NCBI GenBank assembly: GCA_043228905.1 | Contig: JBHGNT010000010.1 | Span: 20,150,001-20,214,000, forward strand | Length of the DNA: 64,000 nt | Direction of reading: 5' to 3' | Source: Azolla caroliniana | Taxonomy: Eukaryota > Plantae > Polypodiophyta | In this document: in pieces, positions 1 to 13,500 of the stretch | Layout: each line of letters opens with the position of its first letter | How positions within the stretch are numbered: the first letter of the stretch is position 1 | Notes under the pieces: generated by a model | Seen by the model: only the letters and a program-made list of their open reading frames with translations | Database searches by the model: none | Told to the model about the DNA's origin: nothing | Translations under genes and position numbers: made by a program

Positions 1-392
1 CCCATTTCAACAGAAACTTTGACCGAGCCCTTTTTGCTTCATCCGAACTCAAGAGACCTTATTTGTTTAATTGCTAGAACCAAAATAATGACAAGCCATA
101 TAAATTACATTAAATGTTGTAATTATACTTTGTTTTGTTTTTTTTTGCATTGTAGCTGTATCACTCATTCAAGCATTGGAAAAGGGAATTTTGAGGCTCT
201 TTAAATCTAGCTTTTCTTGATGGTATAGTAACAATCGTAAGAAAGCATTAGCCCATGTATTATGGGTGATGTCAATATTATGGACCTTTGTCCATAGATT
301 TGGAAATACCAATATCTACATGAAACAAATGCACACACATTAGTCCATAACATTAATCTTTGCTTGAAATTTAATCAAGTGGATTACCATTA

Positions 393-799
393 TGATTTCA
401 TATTGCACTGAGGCATCGATCAATGACAAGTGTCAAAGAATACAACAAATTGTGACGTGGCCATCCTAGTCATAGTCTCCTTGCCAAATTTTTTACTATG
501 ACTATCATATGACCATGCAAGCACATATTTTAGTTAATTGGGGAGCATGATCACTAATAATTTGGCTATCTTTCAATAACAACTACTATTCTCCATGTGA
601 TTTCATATGACACTAAGGCATTGATCAACACTAGGCGCCAAAGGCATAACAAATTGTGATGTCTCCATCCTAGTCAGACTCTCCTTTGGCGAACATTTTA
701 CTATGATCAAAATATGAGCATTTAGGGACATCTTTCGACTACATGGTAGCTAATTGCCACTGCTTTGTCTATCTTTCCATAACAACTAATATTCTCCAT
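393..799. repeat. Diverged tandem duplication, 2 x ~205 bp
   Basis: 393-597 and 598-799 both start TGATTTCATAT, share ACAAATTGTGA..CCATCCTAGTCA and end ATAACAACTA.TATTCTCCATG. Confidence 0.8.
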
Positions 800-899
800 G
801 TTCCTACATTCACCTTTTCTTGTTTTACTTCCTTTCACTCTTCTAATCACGTCCACATGGACTAGATCCTTTATATTGAGTTCTATTGACTAAAGTCTC

Positions 900-1115
900 C
901 ATGATGCCTCATTTGAGACTTCTTCTAGTAGAGTTGTGGTTACCTAGTTTCCATCACGACCTCTACCAACTTTATGACATTGCTTCAAAAAGTGGTGCTA
1001 CCGTCAATTTGATGATGCCCCTTTTGAATCTTTTTCTACTAGACTAGTAGTAACCTAGTTTCCATGATTAACTCTACCAATTTTATGACATCCACTTCAA
1101 AAACTAATGTTACCT
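900..1115. repeat. Diverged tandem duplication, 2 x ~110 bp
   Basis: Both units contain ATGATGCC..TTTGA, ACCTAGTTTCCAT, CTCTACCAA.TTTATGACAT and CTTCAAAAA. Confidence 0.75.
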
Positions 1116-1779
1116 TTGAAATCTTTAAAAAACACTCTTCAACTTAGTTATCCTTCAATCTTTGGACAACATATTTTATCCTTCCATGTAAAACAATTTG
1201 TCATTTTCTTTAATGTCCTTTGTATTCATGGCTTGTCGTGTTACTTTTGATATAGTTGCAAATTTGGTACAATCCATGTTGTTGATATGGGTCTCCCATG
1301 ATCATTTTATTCTAGATTCATTGTAAAATACATTATTCTCTCTATTCTCACATCATTATTGCAAACAAGTACACGATCTCCCTTGTTTTCTTTTGTGTGG
1401 TCTTCTCTTTGTGCAATTTTCTCCATATTGATAGATATTGACCTTGTTGTCCTATATTAATAATATGCTAAAATGAGTGGTGATTTGACTATTATATGTT
1501 TAGGCTTAAATTCAAAATAAATAGGATATTATGAGCCATTCACATGTCCGTCCTCTCACATTAAGAGCATGTAATCCAAAATAGTTGGCATTCACCAACA
1601 TTTTAACCATCATCATATATTTGGATATCGCATGGACTACCATAAGGTGTCAAGTTTGTTACCCCACTAAATCCTAAGCAAGCATCATTATGGCTTGTTG
1701 TAGAAGATAACATGAATGCCTTTTTTATGTAATGTTTACATATAGAAGGTACCATAGTAAAGGGGTATCAAAATTGAAT

Positions 1780-2050
1780 AGAAAAAGACATGTTTAATTT
1801 ATGTAAAAATTACAAACAAGGGAGGTTTTTTATTAGGATTGGACGGCATGTGATATAAAGGGTTTGCATATAGTGAAATTCCTTGTGAGCATGGTATGGC
1901 CTAAATTCATATTCTAACTTTTCATCTCTAGTACTATAATGTTGATCGTGGTATAAGACTATTGCACAATCAAGATCCTTAATGCTTTTATTGTGACATC
2001 CTTTTTTATCGGCATTTTATAAAGCAATCCAATTCATTTCAATGATTGTG
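1780..2050 (+). mobile_element. Possible MULE/MuDR transposase remnant (SWIM zinc finger)
   Basis: ~1863-1901 reads FAYSEIPCEHGMA, resembling the GIPCxHA SWIM motif of MuDR transposases. Heavily degraded with no long ORF. Confidence 0.35.
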
Positions 2051-2586
2051 TTACGATATAAGCTCAACAAATCTTTCAACCTTTGGATATAGTATTAGGC
2101 ATTGATTCCTTTCAACCACTAGTAATAGAAAAGTAATGTTGTTGTTGCCTTATCAAAGGTAATGTTATCACTTTTAACCATTGGGTTGGGGTAAGTGAGC
2201 CCATAAAACAAGTTCTTAGAAGCAACTAGTGTCGATTTTGCGAGTTGAATCCAGAATCCAAGGGTTGTGGAAAGTGCTTTTGTAAACTTGAACTTGAATC
2301 CCTTTACCATTACATCAATATTATGTTATGTATTAACCTTAATATGCATTTAGGATGAACATGGTAATGTTACATGTGTAAAATTATAGCCAATAAATGT
2401 TAAACCAAATACTTGTGGTCCATGGATATCAAATGTGTCTTGTTTGAAAACTATATTTACATTGTGCTCTAGGTCCTATTTTAATATTTACTTTAAATTT
2501 GTACTTGTAATTTGAGAAATGATGAGAAACCAAATGCATTACATATATATACACGTATGGCATGACAATATACATCGAACAAACGT

Positions 2587-2961
2587 ACATGGAAACATAT
2601 AAATGTATAATCGGATCGAGCACAATGGGGGGTGAGGAGGGCGGCCCTATACATCTAGTACTACATGCAAGCATGTGCTATGTATTGGAGGGTTAATCAT
2701 GTCATATCCGCTCGTGCACACATGACTTTTGAAGGCCAATATGTAAGAATTTATGAAGGTAATTTACCCAAATACGTCTACACATGACACAACAATACAC
2801 AATGGAATGCACCTACTCCATCACTACAAATTTACATGGAAGTATATAAATGTATTGTTTGATTGAGCACTTTACATGGTATAGGTGGCCCCCATATAGT
2901 GGATGGTGCATGTACGCACATGCTATATAGTAGAGTGTTATCCATGTCATATACACTTGTG
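2587..2961. repeat. Diverged direct repeat, ~130 bp copies ~246 bp apart
   Basis: TACATGGAA..ATATAAATGTAT...GAGCAC...GGCCC...TGCTAT.TA...CATGTCATAT at ~2587-2715 and ~2833-2961. Confidence 0.6.
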
Positions 2962-3399
2962 AAGATAGATACCTCGGGGGAATTGTGGCCTTAGTATTGA
3001 AGGCGTGATTATATATGGGACTAGAGAGAGAGAGAGGTAAATTATTTAAAAGGAAACATGCCCTAAGGATAAGCAAAAAAGAGAAAGGAGAGACTAAAAG
3101 TCCTTACATAGAAAAAGATAGAGAAGGAACAAATCTAGAAATAGTGAAATGAGGGAGTTGCCATCAGGATTGCTATTTAGTGGGAGAAATTGATAATGAT
3201 TGAGATCATTTGTTGAAAGAAATGAGAGAATATGCTACTAACAAATTTCTTGATGATAAAAGACATGGAAATCCTTTCCCATCTCCATCTTGGAATGTTG
3301 AAAGCGCAAAGCATATACCTTCAATTGTTAATCATTCTATTGATTAATCTATCAATTAATGGAGAGTAATACATAATCTTCTATTTTCATTTTCATTCT

Positions 3400-3800
3400 A
3401 GGCCAATATGAATGCACTCGTCATAGAGACATGGCTCCCAATCAAACTAGGGGAAGGCAAGTTAAGGATGTACCATATTTAGGCTCAAATCGGTTGAATG
3501 TAGTTGCCACAATATGGGCTACGATATCATTGTTGATTTTGTGGCAAATATGGATAGCTCGATGCAAAAATGTGTTCCAACAAATAAAGCAAAATCCTGT
3601 TCATTGTGTGAAGGAAAGTTTGTCAATGCTTATTTCAATTTTAAAAGGTTAATATGACTCTTTCACTAGTAATGAAGATACCAATTTTCTTAAACAAAGG
3701 TCCTTTAAAGGCAAGTGGAAGGATTTGTTTGTCTTTGTGGAGAGAAATGACAAAATGGTTTGACAATATCTACCCCCTCGATGGTTGTTTCCTCCAAAGG
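3400..3800 (+). mobile_element. 3' fragment of L1/Tx1-like LINE ORF2
   Basis: ORF 3431-3652 contains IWATISLLILWQIWIARCKNVF, matching the W-x-IW-x-x-R(N/C)-x-x-(I/V)F motif at the end of plant LINE ORF2. Confidence 0.6.
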
Positions 3801-4249
3801 TGGAGTTGGTTTTACCTTATGACATAGTGGGGGCTCTACTTTTTTCTCTAGTATCTTACTTATCTTACCGCCTACTAGATTGTATCATTATATGCTTTCT
3901 GTACACTTATTGGATTGGTAATGGAAACTACAGTGTAGTTTTGTAAAAAGAAAAGACATGGCTCTCTATCCTAGGGTATCTAAAATTATGGCCATAGCAT
4001 TCTTTGAGAGCAAGGAACTTAAACTTAGTGTCCTTGGGCATACTAGTTTTACCTTTCGTAAGACAAGTAACCCTCAAAGATGGAATAAAGTTTCCACCTT
4101 TTCTTCAACTGTGCTAAAATCTTCAAGCTTGTGTTATAATTTGAATAAATATCATGAACATTTTGCAATACTTTGGCAATACTAGTGTTAGATTGACATT
4201 GGTCTCTTATCTCTCCATGAAGGTTTCGATGTACTTGTAAAATTGTGCT

Positions 4250-4620
4250 AATTGAGATTGGACATTTGACTTAAGGCATCAACAACATTATGCTTGCCTT
4301 TGCAAAGCCTCAAATGGGACATATATTGTAAATTGAATTTCACCCATGAGGCCTTTCTACCTGAAGCTTGTTGTGTTGTAATGACCTTTTAATGTTCTCA
4401 CGATCAGATACAACCTCAAATTGTGCATCATGTAAATAGTATATTGAATTCCTTCCCAAGAGCATAAATAATCGCAAAAGCTATTGTTCATAGTTTGAAT
4501 ACTTCAATCGATGTTGGTCAAACTTCTCACATTGAAATGCAATAGAAAAACTTTCTGACATAAATTAGATCACGTCAACATCATAGTTAATGGTGTAGAT
4601 TTTAAGACCACTTTCGTAAA
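4250..4620 (-). mobile_element. Ty3/gypsy LTR-retrotransposon RNase H remnant
   Basis: Minus-strand translation with stops and frameshifts gives AFQCEKF..KYSNYEQ*L..IIYAL..YLHDAQFEVVSD..GKHNVVDALS, matching gypsy RNase H motifs (AFxSxKL..YSxYEKELLAI..F.V.TDH..GK.N.VADALS). Confidence 0.65.
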
Positions 4621-5607
4621 CATGGGACTTTCTAGTGTCCTAAGGCGGAATCTTATGTAGTTGGATGGGTGGACTTGTTTAGAATATGGCAAAGCCTAAC
4701 CCATGTTAGACCTTAGAATCCAACTCTTCATTAGTCCTCCTCAAAATCCATCGTTTGTATGAACATGCACGACAACCATCGCCCTGTCCATTGCTAACAC
4801 CAATGTGGTCTAATTTGAAACAATTCTTTTATCCCCTTTCTCATACATGTGAATATTTTTATAGATATGTAAGAGAAATGAGTGGAAGAGAGAGCAATTA
4901 AAAGGATATTACGCACTAAAATATATTGGGAATGGATTACCGAATGGATTGCCATTACATATCAATAAGAGGCCTTGAAGTTTGAACGTTTCCACCAATT
5001 TGATGAAACAAGTCTTGCCCATAGATTCATGATGGCATCATATTAAATTTATTTCAACCATTGTCATTGTAACTTGTGTGTGCAAGCATTGTGCTCCTGA
5101 AAGGACGACCTTACAAGCTTACTTCCATAATCAAGTATGAAAACGATATTGTTGTTTTTTTTGTTTCTTGGGTTGAAAACGATAGCATTCCTTATAAAAG
5201 CAAGTACTAATAAGTGGAAGCAGTCATTATATGAGGGGTGAGAGATCGAGAGAAAACACATGTAAATGGATGGTAGATATGCTTACATAGGAGACAACAA
5301 GATAGATGGAATGAATCAATAAATTATGGAAACCGTTTGTTACATGAACTTTTTGAAAAAAATTGTGATTTTCACTAAGAAAAAGAAAACTTTGTTGATT
5401 AGTGACTCTACTTTCAGTCAAGCATGATAACTACCTTACATGGTCGTATTTTAATATTTATTTATATAGGTTCTAGAATCTCTATCAGATTGAAGCTACA
5501 ATTTACAATGACCACGACTACAGGTTGCAATCTCGCAAGTTTTCGATGTTTATAAACTATCATGAAGGTTTTGTTTGAACATATCGATCGACATAATGTT
5601 GGATACT

Positions 5608-5611
<4 letters not shown>

Positions 5612-5645
<34 letters not shown>

Positions 5646-5678
5646 TCTCTCTCTCTCTCTCTCTCTCTCTTATATATA
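5612..5678. repeat. Compound microsatellite (TG)n(CT)n(TA)n
   Basis: Directly visible. Confidence 0.95.
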
Positions 5679-8600
5679 TGGCTAAAGATAAATGACATCA
5701 TTGGCATTGGGTTGAGACTTTAACAAATTCGTGAAAAAAAATTCATATGAAATGATTTGATTATCTAATAATTTGTTTTGCCTTTAACAATGAGATTGAC
5801 ATTTTGCTTTTTTGCTTTTCAAAATGATGATATTTGAATAAATTTTTTTCGTCTTCAAATGGTCAAAATTCAAAGATAAAAGGTTCCACACTTGAATGTC
5901 TTGGTTTATTGGAATTTGAAAATTGATAAAAAAAACTAAATCAAACAAACAACCATATAAAAACGTTGTGGGTGGTTGCGCACGGTAATGGCAACTAAAT
6001 CTTTAACCTGATGTGTTATACATACTACATAGTACATTTCAATCCTTTTGCATTGCAGTTTGAAATCTTCATAAAACGCAATTTTTGTGACTTGTAACTT
6101 ATGTTGATCCTTCGCATATTTCCGATGTTTGTATGCGTTACTACCCAAAAACCTATTTCCATGCTTGGTCAACAACCAAGCTTTTAAGTGTTGTTCGGTC
6201 ATCATTTTTTAATATGCACAAATCGCAACACACCCTAATGTTCAGTAGGTGGCCCTAGTTATAAGCAAATGGATACTTAGAATGTATGGAAATGAACAAT
6301 TATGACAAACAAACTTTCACTTGGAGAGGTACAATTATCATTCTCATAAGAGTGGTGCATCATGAGCATGAATTGTAAGTTCCTATGCTTTGATCACCAT
6401 ATAAAGTTCCCAATACTACTTTGTTTAATGATGCTATTGTTTGCGAGTAGTTTGATATGATGCTTCTTACAAAAAATGCTTAAGTTTGAAAGATGCTTTA
6501 ACGAGAAAACTCACCATAGGCATCAATGGGACAACCAATATTTAAGACAACAAACCTACACATAGATCAAGTGTAAGTGAGATGTTACAAGATTGATGGA
6601 AAGCAACTATTTTTGGAAGAGAGAGAGTGAGAGAAAATGTTATTTCTAGTTTCAAAATCAATATGTTGAATCTTGTCTACTCTACTTCTTATATCAAGTC
6701 CACAATAGTGGGTCTATGGACATTTATTTAAGAAGGAAGTGAACAATGGGTAGAAGTACAATTTAGAAATTGCACAACTAATTGGAAACAAACATCTTTT
6801 TAGTACAAGCCAAGATTTATGGATTGATGGTGAACTCTAATCTAGATGCAAAAACATTGATTTGTTTGCACAAGCCGTGATTCTACTTTTAATCTCTTGC
6901 GATTCATGATTTCATAATAAACTCTTGCTCCCTCAAAGATTCTAAAATTCTCTTTTGATCCAGCCTTACTCCATAACTTAATATTCATTTTATTAATCCT
7001 TTATGCCGATCATAATAAAAGTCTCGAACCAATGATGAACTCTAAGGCGAGCATAAGTTGGTTATTGTGGTCGACAAAAACATGAAGGGAATGGTCTTTA
7101 AATGTATTTAATAAGGCCACTAATAGTATCTTTCATAAGTATTTGTGTCACACATCTTGTACGACTCTATATGCCCTCACCTTCCCAATCCATCACAAAT
7201 ACAAGACCATTAAAGCAACACCTATAAATAAGATTGATAAACTAAGAGTTTGTACATAACTTAATGGACATACATATATGTTCAAAACAAGATAAAACTT
7301 TACATGCAACCCACATGCTCTTGCACACTCAATCTAGGGCATGATAAAGTCCACAATGACTTAACAAATTAAAACCTTCATCTCTTGAGAATATGAGGAT
7401 TCAAGAACATCAAGGTTTATCTGAAACATTTGGGATACTTGTACTGGGAGCTATGTAACATGCGCCTAAGATATCTTTGGTTATGCTAAAACTAAGTCCC
7501 AAGGTCCACACCCAATGTTTAGAATCTAACATGTTGTTGTGGATTGGAACCACTATAGGGCTAGGAAAGAAAACTTTCCTCCCAACACAAGGTAAACCTC
7601 TATAGGTTAGCAAAGGGACAAACGAGCCACCCCTTAGTAAAAAAAACTCACTCTTCATATGAGTCTAAGTCCGACTCCCTCATTCACTTTATCCCAATGA
7701 ATTGTTCATCATAAGAGAGAGTTTTCACAATCTTGATATGGTTTCTTACTGTAAAGGATTTCATCATCTTTCAAGAATGCATAATAGAGTTTTTGAAAAA
7801 CAACTCTCCATCAAGAATAGGTTCACATGATGTTCTCCACATTTATGCCAAAATAGTTCGTGTGAGAAGGCGAAACTAATAGATCAAACAAAAAAAATTT
7901 CAGAATGTGTTACCTATTAGTATTGTTAAATATCCGACCAGCAATTTGAATATATTTGCACACACATGCACACATAATAATCATTTGCTCAAAGCAACAT
8001 CTTATAAAACTTCCCACACCTCAACTTGCCACGCATGCACATTACTACCATGCATGCACGTGTATTAAAAAATTCAATGAAAAATTTCTAACACAAAAGA
8101 TCTCCAAAAAGAGAAATGTTATCATTAATCAGAAAATAAAGTTACATGCGTCTTTTGGAAATCATATTTTATGCTTAGGTAAAATTTGCTAGAAAATGTT
8201 AATTGGTCAAAACGAAAGTTGGTATGAGTCTCTAATGTGAGTAACTAAATGGCTAGGGCCATGAATGTTTACTCACTTTGTTTGAAGAAAGATAGAATCT
8301 ACAAGGGAATAACCATAGTACGTAAAATTCGTGTTCGTCTAGAATAACATTTGTTTTCCTATGTTGGAAAACGAATGCAAATGTTATTCAAACATTCTTG
8401 TGTTTTTTTCCCATTTTTTAAATGTTTTTTTTTTCATTTTTAGGCTTATTTACCTCATAATAAATAGTTAATCCAAATGTATGGTATTTATCATTCTTTG
8501 AGGGTGTTTTTCTTATGCGAATGGTTCAATCATTCCCGAATGCGAATGCACGTATGGCACGTATGGTTCATACTATGGGAATAACCTCTCATGGCCCATG

Positions 8601-10019
8601 GGCCTACCAAGGAGACTTTTATATGAGTTAGTCTAATTGCCATATCAATTTATAATCGATGTATAACATGGATTCTTAAATGTGCATCCATTCCCATCAT
8701 GGCTCTTTAATGTTGTGAATTCCTAACCCTCCATGTGGCACTTGCCCATGGGTGTACCTCGCTTCTTATGGTACCTCTACTTATTCGGGTATGGACAACA
8801 AACCCAAGCATGAATACCTGTACAAGAATATATGAAGTGGATGAAAACATGTAAAGGTATGTGGCATCTTTTTGTTGCTCTTAAATAGATCCATTTTCAT
8901 GTAGGGAAGTGCCTCTCTACATTCAACCAAATCATTATGTAAGCATGGCCATTTTGATGGTTGTTTGAATGAATCTTTTTTCTATTATTGATTACTTATG
9001 TTAGTTGACTTATTTGCCCATCCAAATGTTGGGCAAATTCCATTGTTGGACAAGGGCAACGAAATAGACACCCCCATGACCACCATGTTGATTCTACAAA
9101 ACAAATATTACTAATAGAACATAATATTGGGTGGTTAACATGGTTAAGTAAATTGATTCAAGTGTTGATATACATATTTGTAGCTGGAAACATGATGGTA
9201 TTTCACATTCATTATACAAATAGTCTACAAGAGAAACCAAACAAGATAAAATAGAGGGACATTGTTTATGAGGAAATATACACTAATCACAATTGAAATA
9301 AATTGGACCTATGATAGCTCTATACCCTACGCAATGAATCAATAAGTGGATTCATGCAGCTCTCAACCAATACAACAATCACATCTAAGAGGTTCCCCGA
9401 TGTTACAGATGGTGGATGGCAATGTAAAGTGGATATATCAACCTCCCCGATGGTTGTTCCCTCCTACGGTACCAAACATAGAGGTAGGTGCTGAATTGTG
9501 AAGTGATTGGCGGGTGTCTTTGCTAAATTTGGGTGTGTGAGGCTCATGTTGATGGGCGTCTGTCGAGTAATTATGTGATGAGGCTTTGTTGTTTCATTTA
9601 TACATGATGTTTTGTAGTAGCCATTGGAAAGTGGCTTGTAACATATGAGTTGTATATTATTCCATGTACTTTTTCTTAACAAATGGAAGTAGAATTTTTT
9701 TTTGGAAAATAAAAAACAATTACATCTAAGTATAATTGCATGATATCAACACTATAGTTTCTGATATCTATAAATTCTCGTGTCATGTCGATAACGATGG
9801 CAATACTTTCATGTAGTCGACCATTGGATTCGAGTATAAGACTATCTGTACATAGACTAATTATATGTTACTGAAAGAAAAACTATAGCAAATTCAAAAT
9901 TGAGATATAACTGATTTTAGTTCTTCAACTTAATGCTTAACGCCATTTTACATTTATTTATTTTTAATGGAATAGACCTCTTTACCTTACGTGTCCCTTA
10001 GTATTTAACATCATCAAGT

Positions 10020-10228
10020 TTTGGAGGCCAAGTATATAAATGTGGTGGGGATGTTTATCCCACTCCACCTAAAAAAACCTTTGTGCCTCTTCTAAGCCTC
10101 TAGTTTTTTGAGGCAAACCTATTATATCCTAGAGTCTAGACGTGTTGGTCAATGTGGAGGGGGCATTTTAGGCATGCCCAACAATCTCCTATCCCCCACC
10201 ACATCATATTAGGTTTTTGAGCCTCAAA
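10020..10228. mobile_element. MITE-like non-coding element with imperfect terminal inverted repeats
   Basis: Left TTTGGAGGCCAAGTATATAAATGTGGTGGGGA resembles the reverse complement of the right end, TTTGAGGCTCAAAAACCTAATATGATGTGGTGGGGGA. No ORF. Confidence 0.5.
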
Positions 10229-10529
10229 TTAAACAATTTCCCAATCCTTGACCTATAATCACCACACTTAAATAAGTATGACAATGCTCATCTATAAAGC
10301 TCATGCTAGGATGATATTTTTAAAAAAACACTATGTTGAAACTTGAACTTACGTGTTCATATATATTTTATAGTGACCTTTGAGAGGGGAAGAGAAAAGT
10401 AAAGAAAACAAACGCTAGATACATTTTGTACACTTAGAATTCTTTTAAAAGGGTTGTCACCACCAAGATTGACTCAGAGGTTTCCCGATGGTAATATCAA
10501 GTACTAGTAAAAACAACTTACCTCGATGA

Positions 10530-13500
10530 CTAGTAAGTGATACAAGTGTTGTCAAGTGAGGTTGAGGTGGACTTGAGAGGGATTGATGATGGTTTTGGGG
10601 CGAGGCTATTAGGGTGGAGGCAAACACGAAAGGAAGGGATGGTGGGCATGAGTGATGAGCCATAACTATTCCAACAAAAGGGCTTGTCAACCTGCATGAA
10701 AAAGCCACGAAAGGGCAATAGCTCCACTTGTGCAACCATAATGTTAGTACATGGAACTGTGTCACTACATGCAAAATGAACAGGTCTACCCTTGCTATAT
10801 GTGCCATGTATATTGTGGTAAGTGACACCCATCACTTGAACGGCTGAGCTCATGTTTTTGCAATGACCACTTGATGTCGTGCCACAATAGAATTGGTCGA
10901 TGATGATAGGGTTGCTAATATTCTCCACCACAACATTGTAGTATGTTATGCCCTTCACGACACCCAACCCGCCCTACACACAAGTGCACACGTCCACCTC
11001 CATATCATGCTTTGAATTTCCTTGTGTGTTTGTGTATATTAACATGAATAACACATGCATTTAGTTTTAAATGCCCACATATTGTTGGTGTTGGGGATAG
11101 ATGTCTTCACTTACAAATTTACCGAAAATTCTAGGCTTCAAATTAGAGTTGGAAACATTAGCAATTTAATGAACAAAAATAATTATGCATGCTAATAAAG
11201 GGAAGTCGAACAACTAGAAAGGGGATCTTCACAGACATTGCCACATGATCTTTGAATTCACATGTGCCATATTCTCATTGTGTAGCATCATACATATATG
11301 AATATATATAGATTATATCTAGGAAAGATCGAATTCACATGTGCCATATTCTCCTTGTATAGCAGCATACATATATGAATATATATGTACAGATTATATC
11401 TAGGAAAGAGAAAGTGTGGTAACTTCCCCTCAAAAGAGTAGTATATAGAGTCAAATAATAGACAAATTAAGTAACACTTTTTCTAGGTTATAAGAGTTGT
11501 TGGGATACTTTTGTTGAAAATGAGGTGGGGACTAAGACCACTTTGGTGAGAAGGCCAGAGTGAGGGTTGATGAATTTTTGGTGGTCTATGATGTAATTTG
11601 TTTGCTAACTAATGCGAAGTAGTGTTTTTTTAGAAAAAAAAACACTTTTTCTAAAATTGAACCTTTATAAAAGGGGAGTGGTAATGTTGTGATTTGTGAA
11701 CTTATGAGTAAATAGGGCCCCTCATATGTGTATAAATATGATCATACCCAGAGTAGTTTTTATTATATCGAAACTAATTAGATCAAACCTTGACCACATG
11801 CTAGTTTTTTCCTCCCTTTCATAATTTGAGTTGTACACCTTGTTCATGCTTCACATTGACATTGTTCAGTTGTTTTATGGCCATGGTTCAAGAAAAGTAT
11901 CCTTCAATAGTCAAAAGTTTCTAAGCTTTCACAAGGGTAGAATCACCTTATATACGAGCCACGTTTATGATATTTTCCCTAAATTCTACTTTACTCAACA
12001 TGAGGATAATAAACAATGAATCATTTGTATTAGGACATTCTCAAGTTCAAATCAACAAATTCGTCACTTAGATGTTTTTTGTTTAAAATAAAATTTACTT
12101 GTATGCCAAGTCATTATGCAAGAGTGATTTTGCAATTTACCTGCCATGTCTTGATCCTTAGACCATTCTGTGAATTTTTAATAGCCACATCATGCACACT
12201 AACATTTGAAACACAAGCTTGTGTTTGATCACGCCCTAGTCCACCCAAACTACACACATAAAAAATGATATTTACATATGACATCTTCAAAGTTAAAAAT
12301 CCTGTTCTTCATTTTGATTACTTATTGGTTATTGTTGTTACCTGATACCATGTCCAGCTTCACAAACTATGTGATGAATATCCAAATTTGCACTTCCAGT
12401 TTGAATAGAGATACAATCATCACCTAGGAAAATAGAGATGTGTTAATTTGATTGCTAATTGTTGTTGCGAATATAGTACTTATATTGACTTCAATTATGT
12501 AAACCTATAATCAATCTTCTTGATTGAATGAAGTGAAGTTTGAAACCATTTTGTCCTAGGAAACCCTCCTTCATTAATGAATAGCCAACCATATACAATC
12601 ATAACTTTTTCGTGTCTCATGTAGATGGAGTCGAGTTAGTTGTTTGGGACATTAAGTTTGTTTACTTCATGCAATTCAACTCAATGCTTTGACTGAAACT
12701 ATCGAACGGACCTCAAATTAGACAAGACTACTAGTTCAGTTTAAGCATATCATTAACAATAGGAAAAGAAACTAACAAGGGTTGCCCTAATAACGACAAA
12801 TGAACTGGAAAGAGCCTAGCTTGAAAATTCTGCGACCTCGCCATACAAATTGTAGTTTGGAGAGACATCCTCTACAACAGACCAAGCCCAAGTCTCTTGG
12901 AAAGGAGTGTTAGAGAGGGTGAGAGCCTTGTTGAGCTCGAACCTTATTAGTCCACAAGGTGTCATCGACAAGTTAGGTTGTTTGGGAATGCAACCCTAAG
13001 TGGGTGGTAAATTCCATCCCAGGCTAAATACAAGCAATATAAGTCATGTAAATGCTTTCCCCCTTCCTTTTGGAATATCCAACGGGTTAACGATACCATT
13101 TGGTTTTCATTATTAGGGTTTATTAACGTGAGAATTAAAATGTGTTTAGTGCATAATCTTAGACTTTCTTTATCATTATGGGCCAAAAACAATGCTCTTC
13201 AACTAGTACATGGATCTTTCTATGTTAGTAAGCTACATATAGATATAGAAAAACTGAAAACATGCTTAAACCAACCCCATGTTATGCACACAATCGTTTG
13301 TCAACATGTCATTTGGAATTTTGAAAGTTGTTGCCTTGTAAATGTGCACAATGAAAGAGTGTACACATATTGTATAAAAGACTTTAGATGTCTTGACATA
13401 TCGCTACATGTAGATATGTTATGTTGCCTTAATAAAATTCTAAGATTTATAAATATGTGTAGAATGGTGTCGTGGATTTAAAACTTGTGTTGTCTAATGT

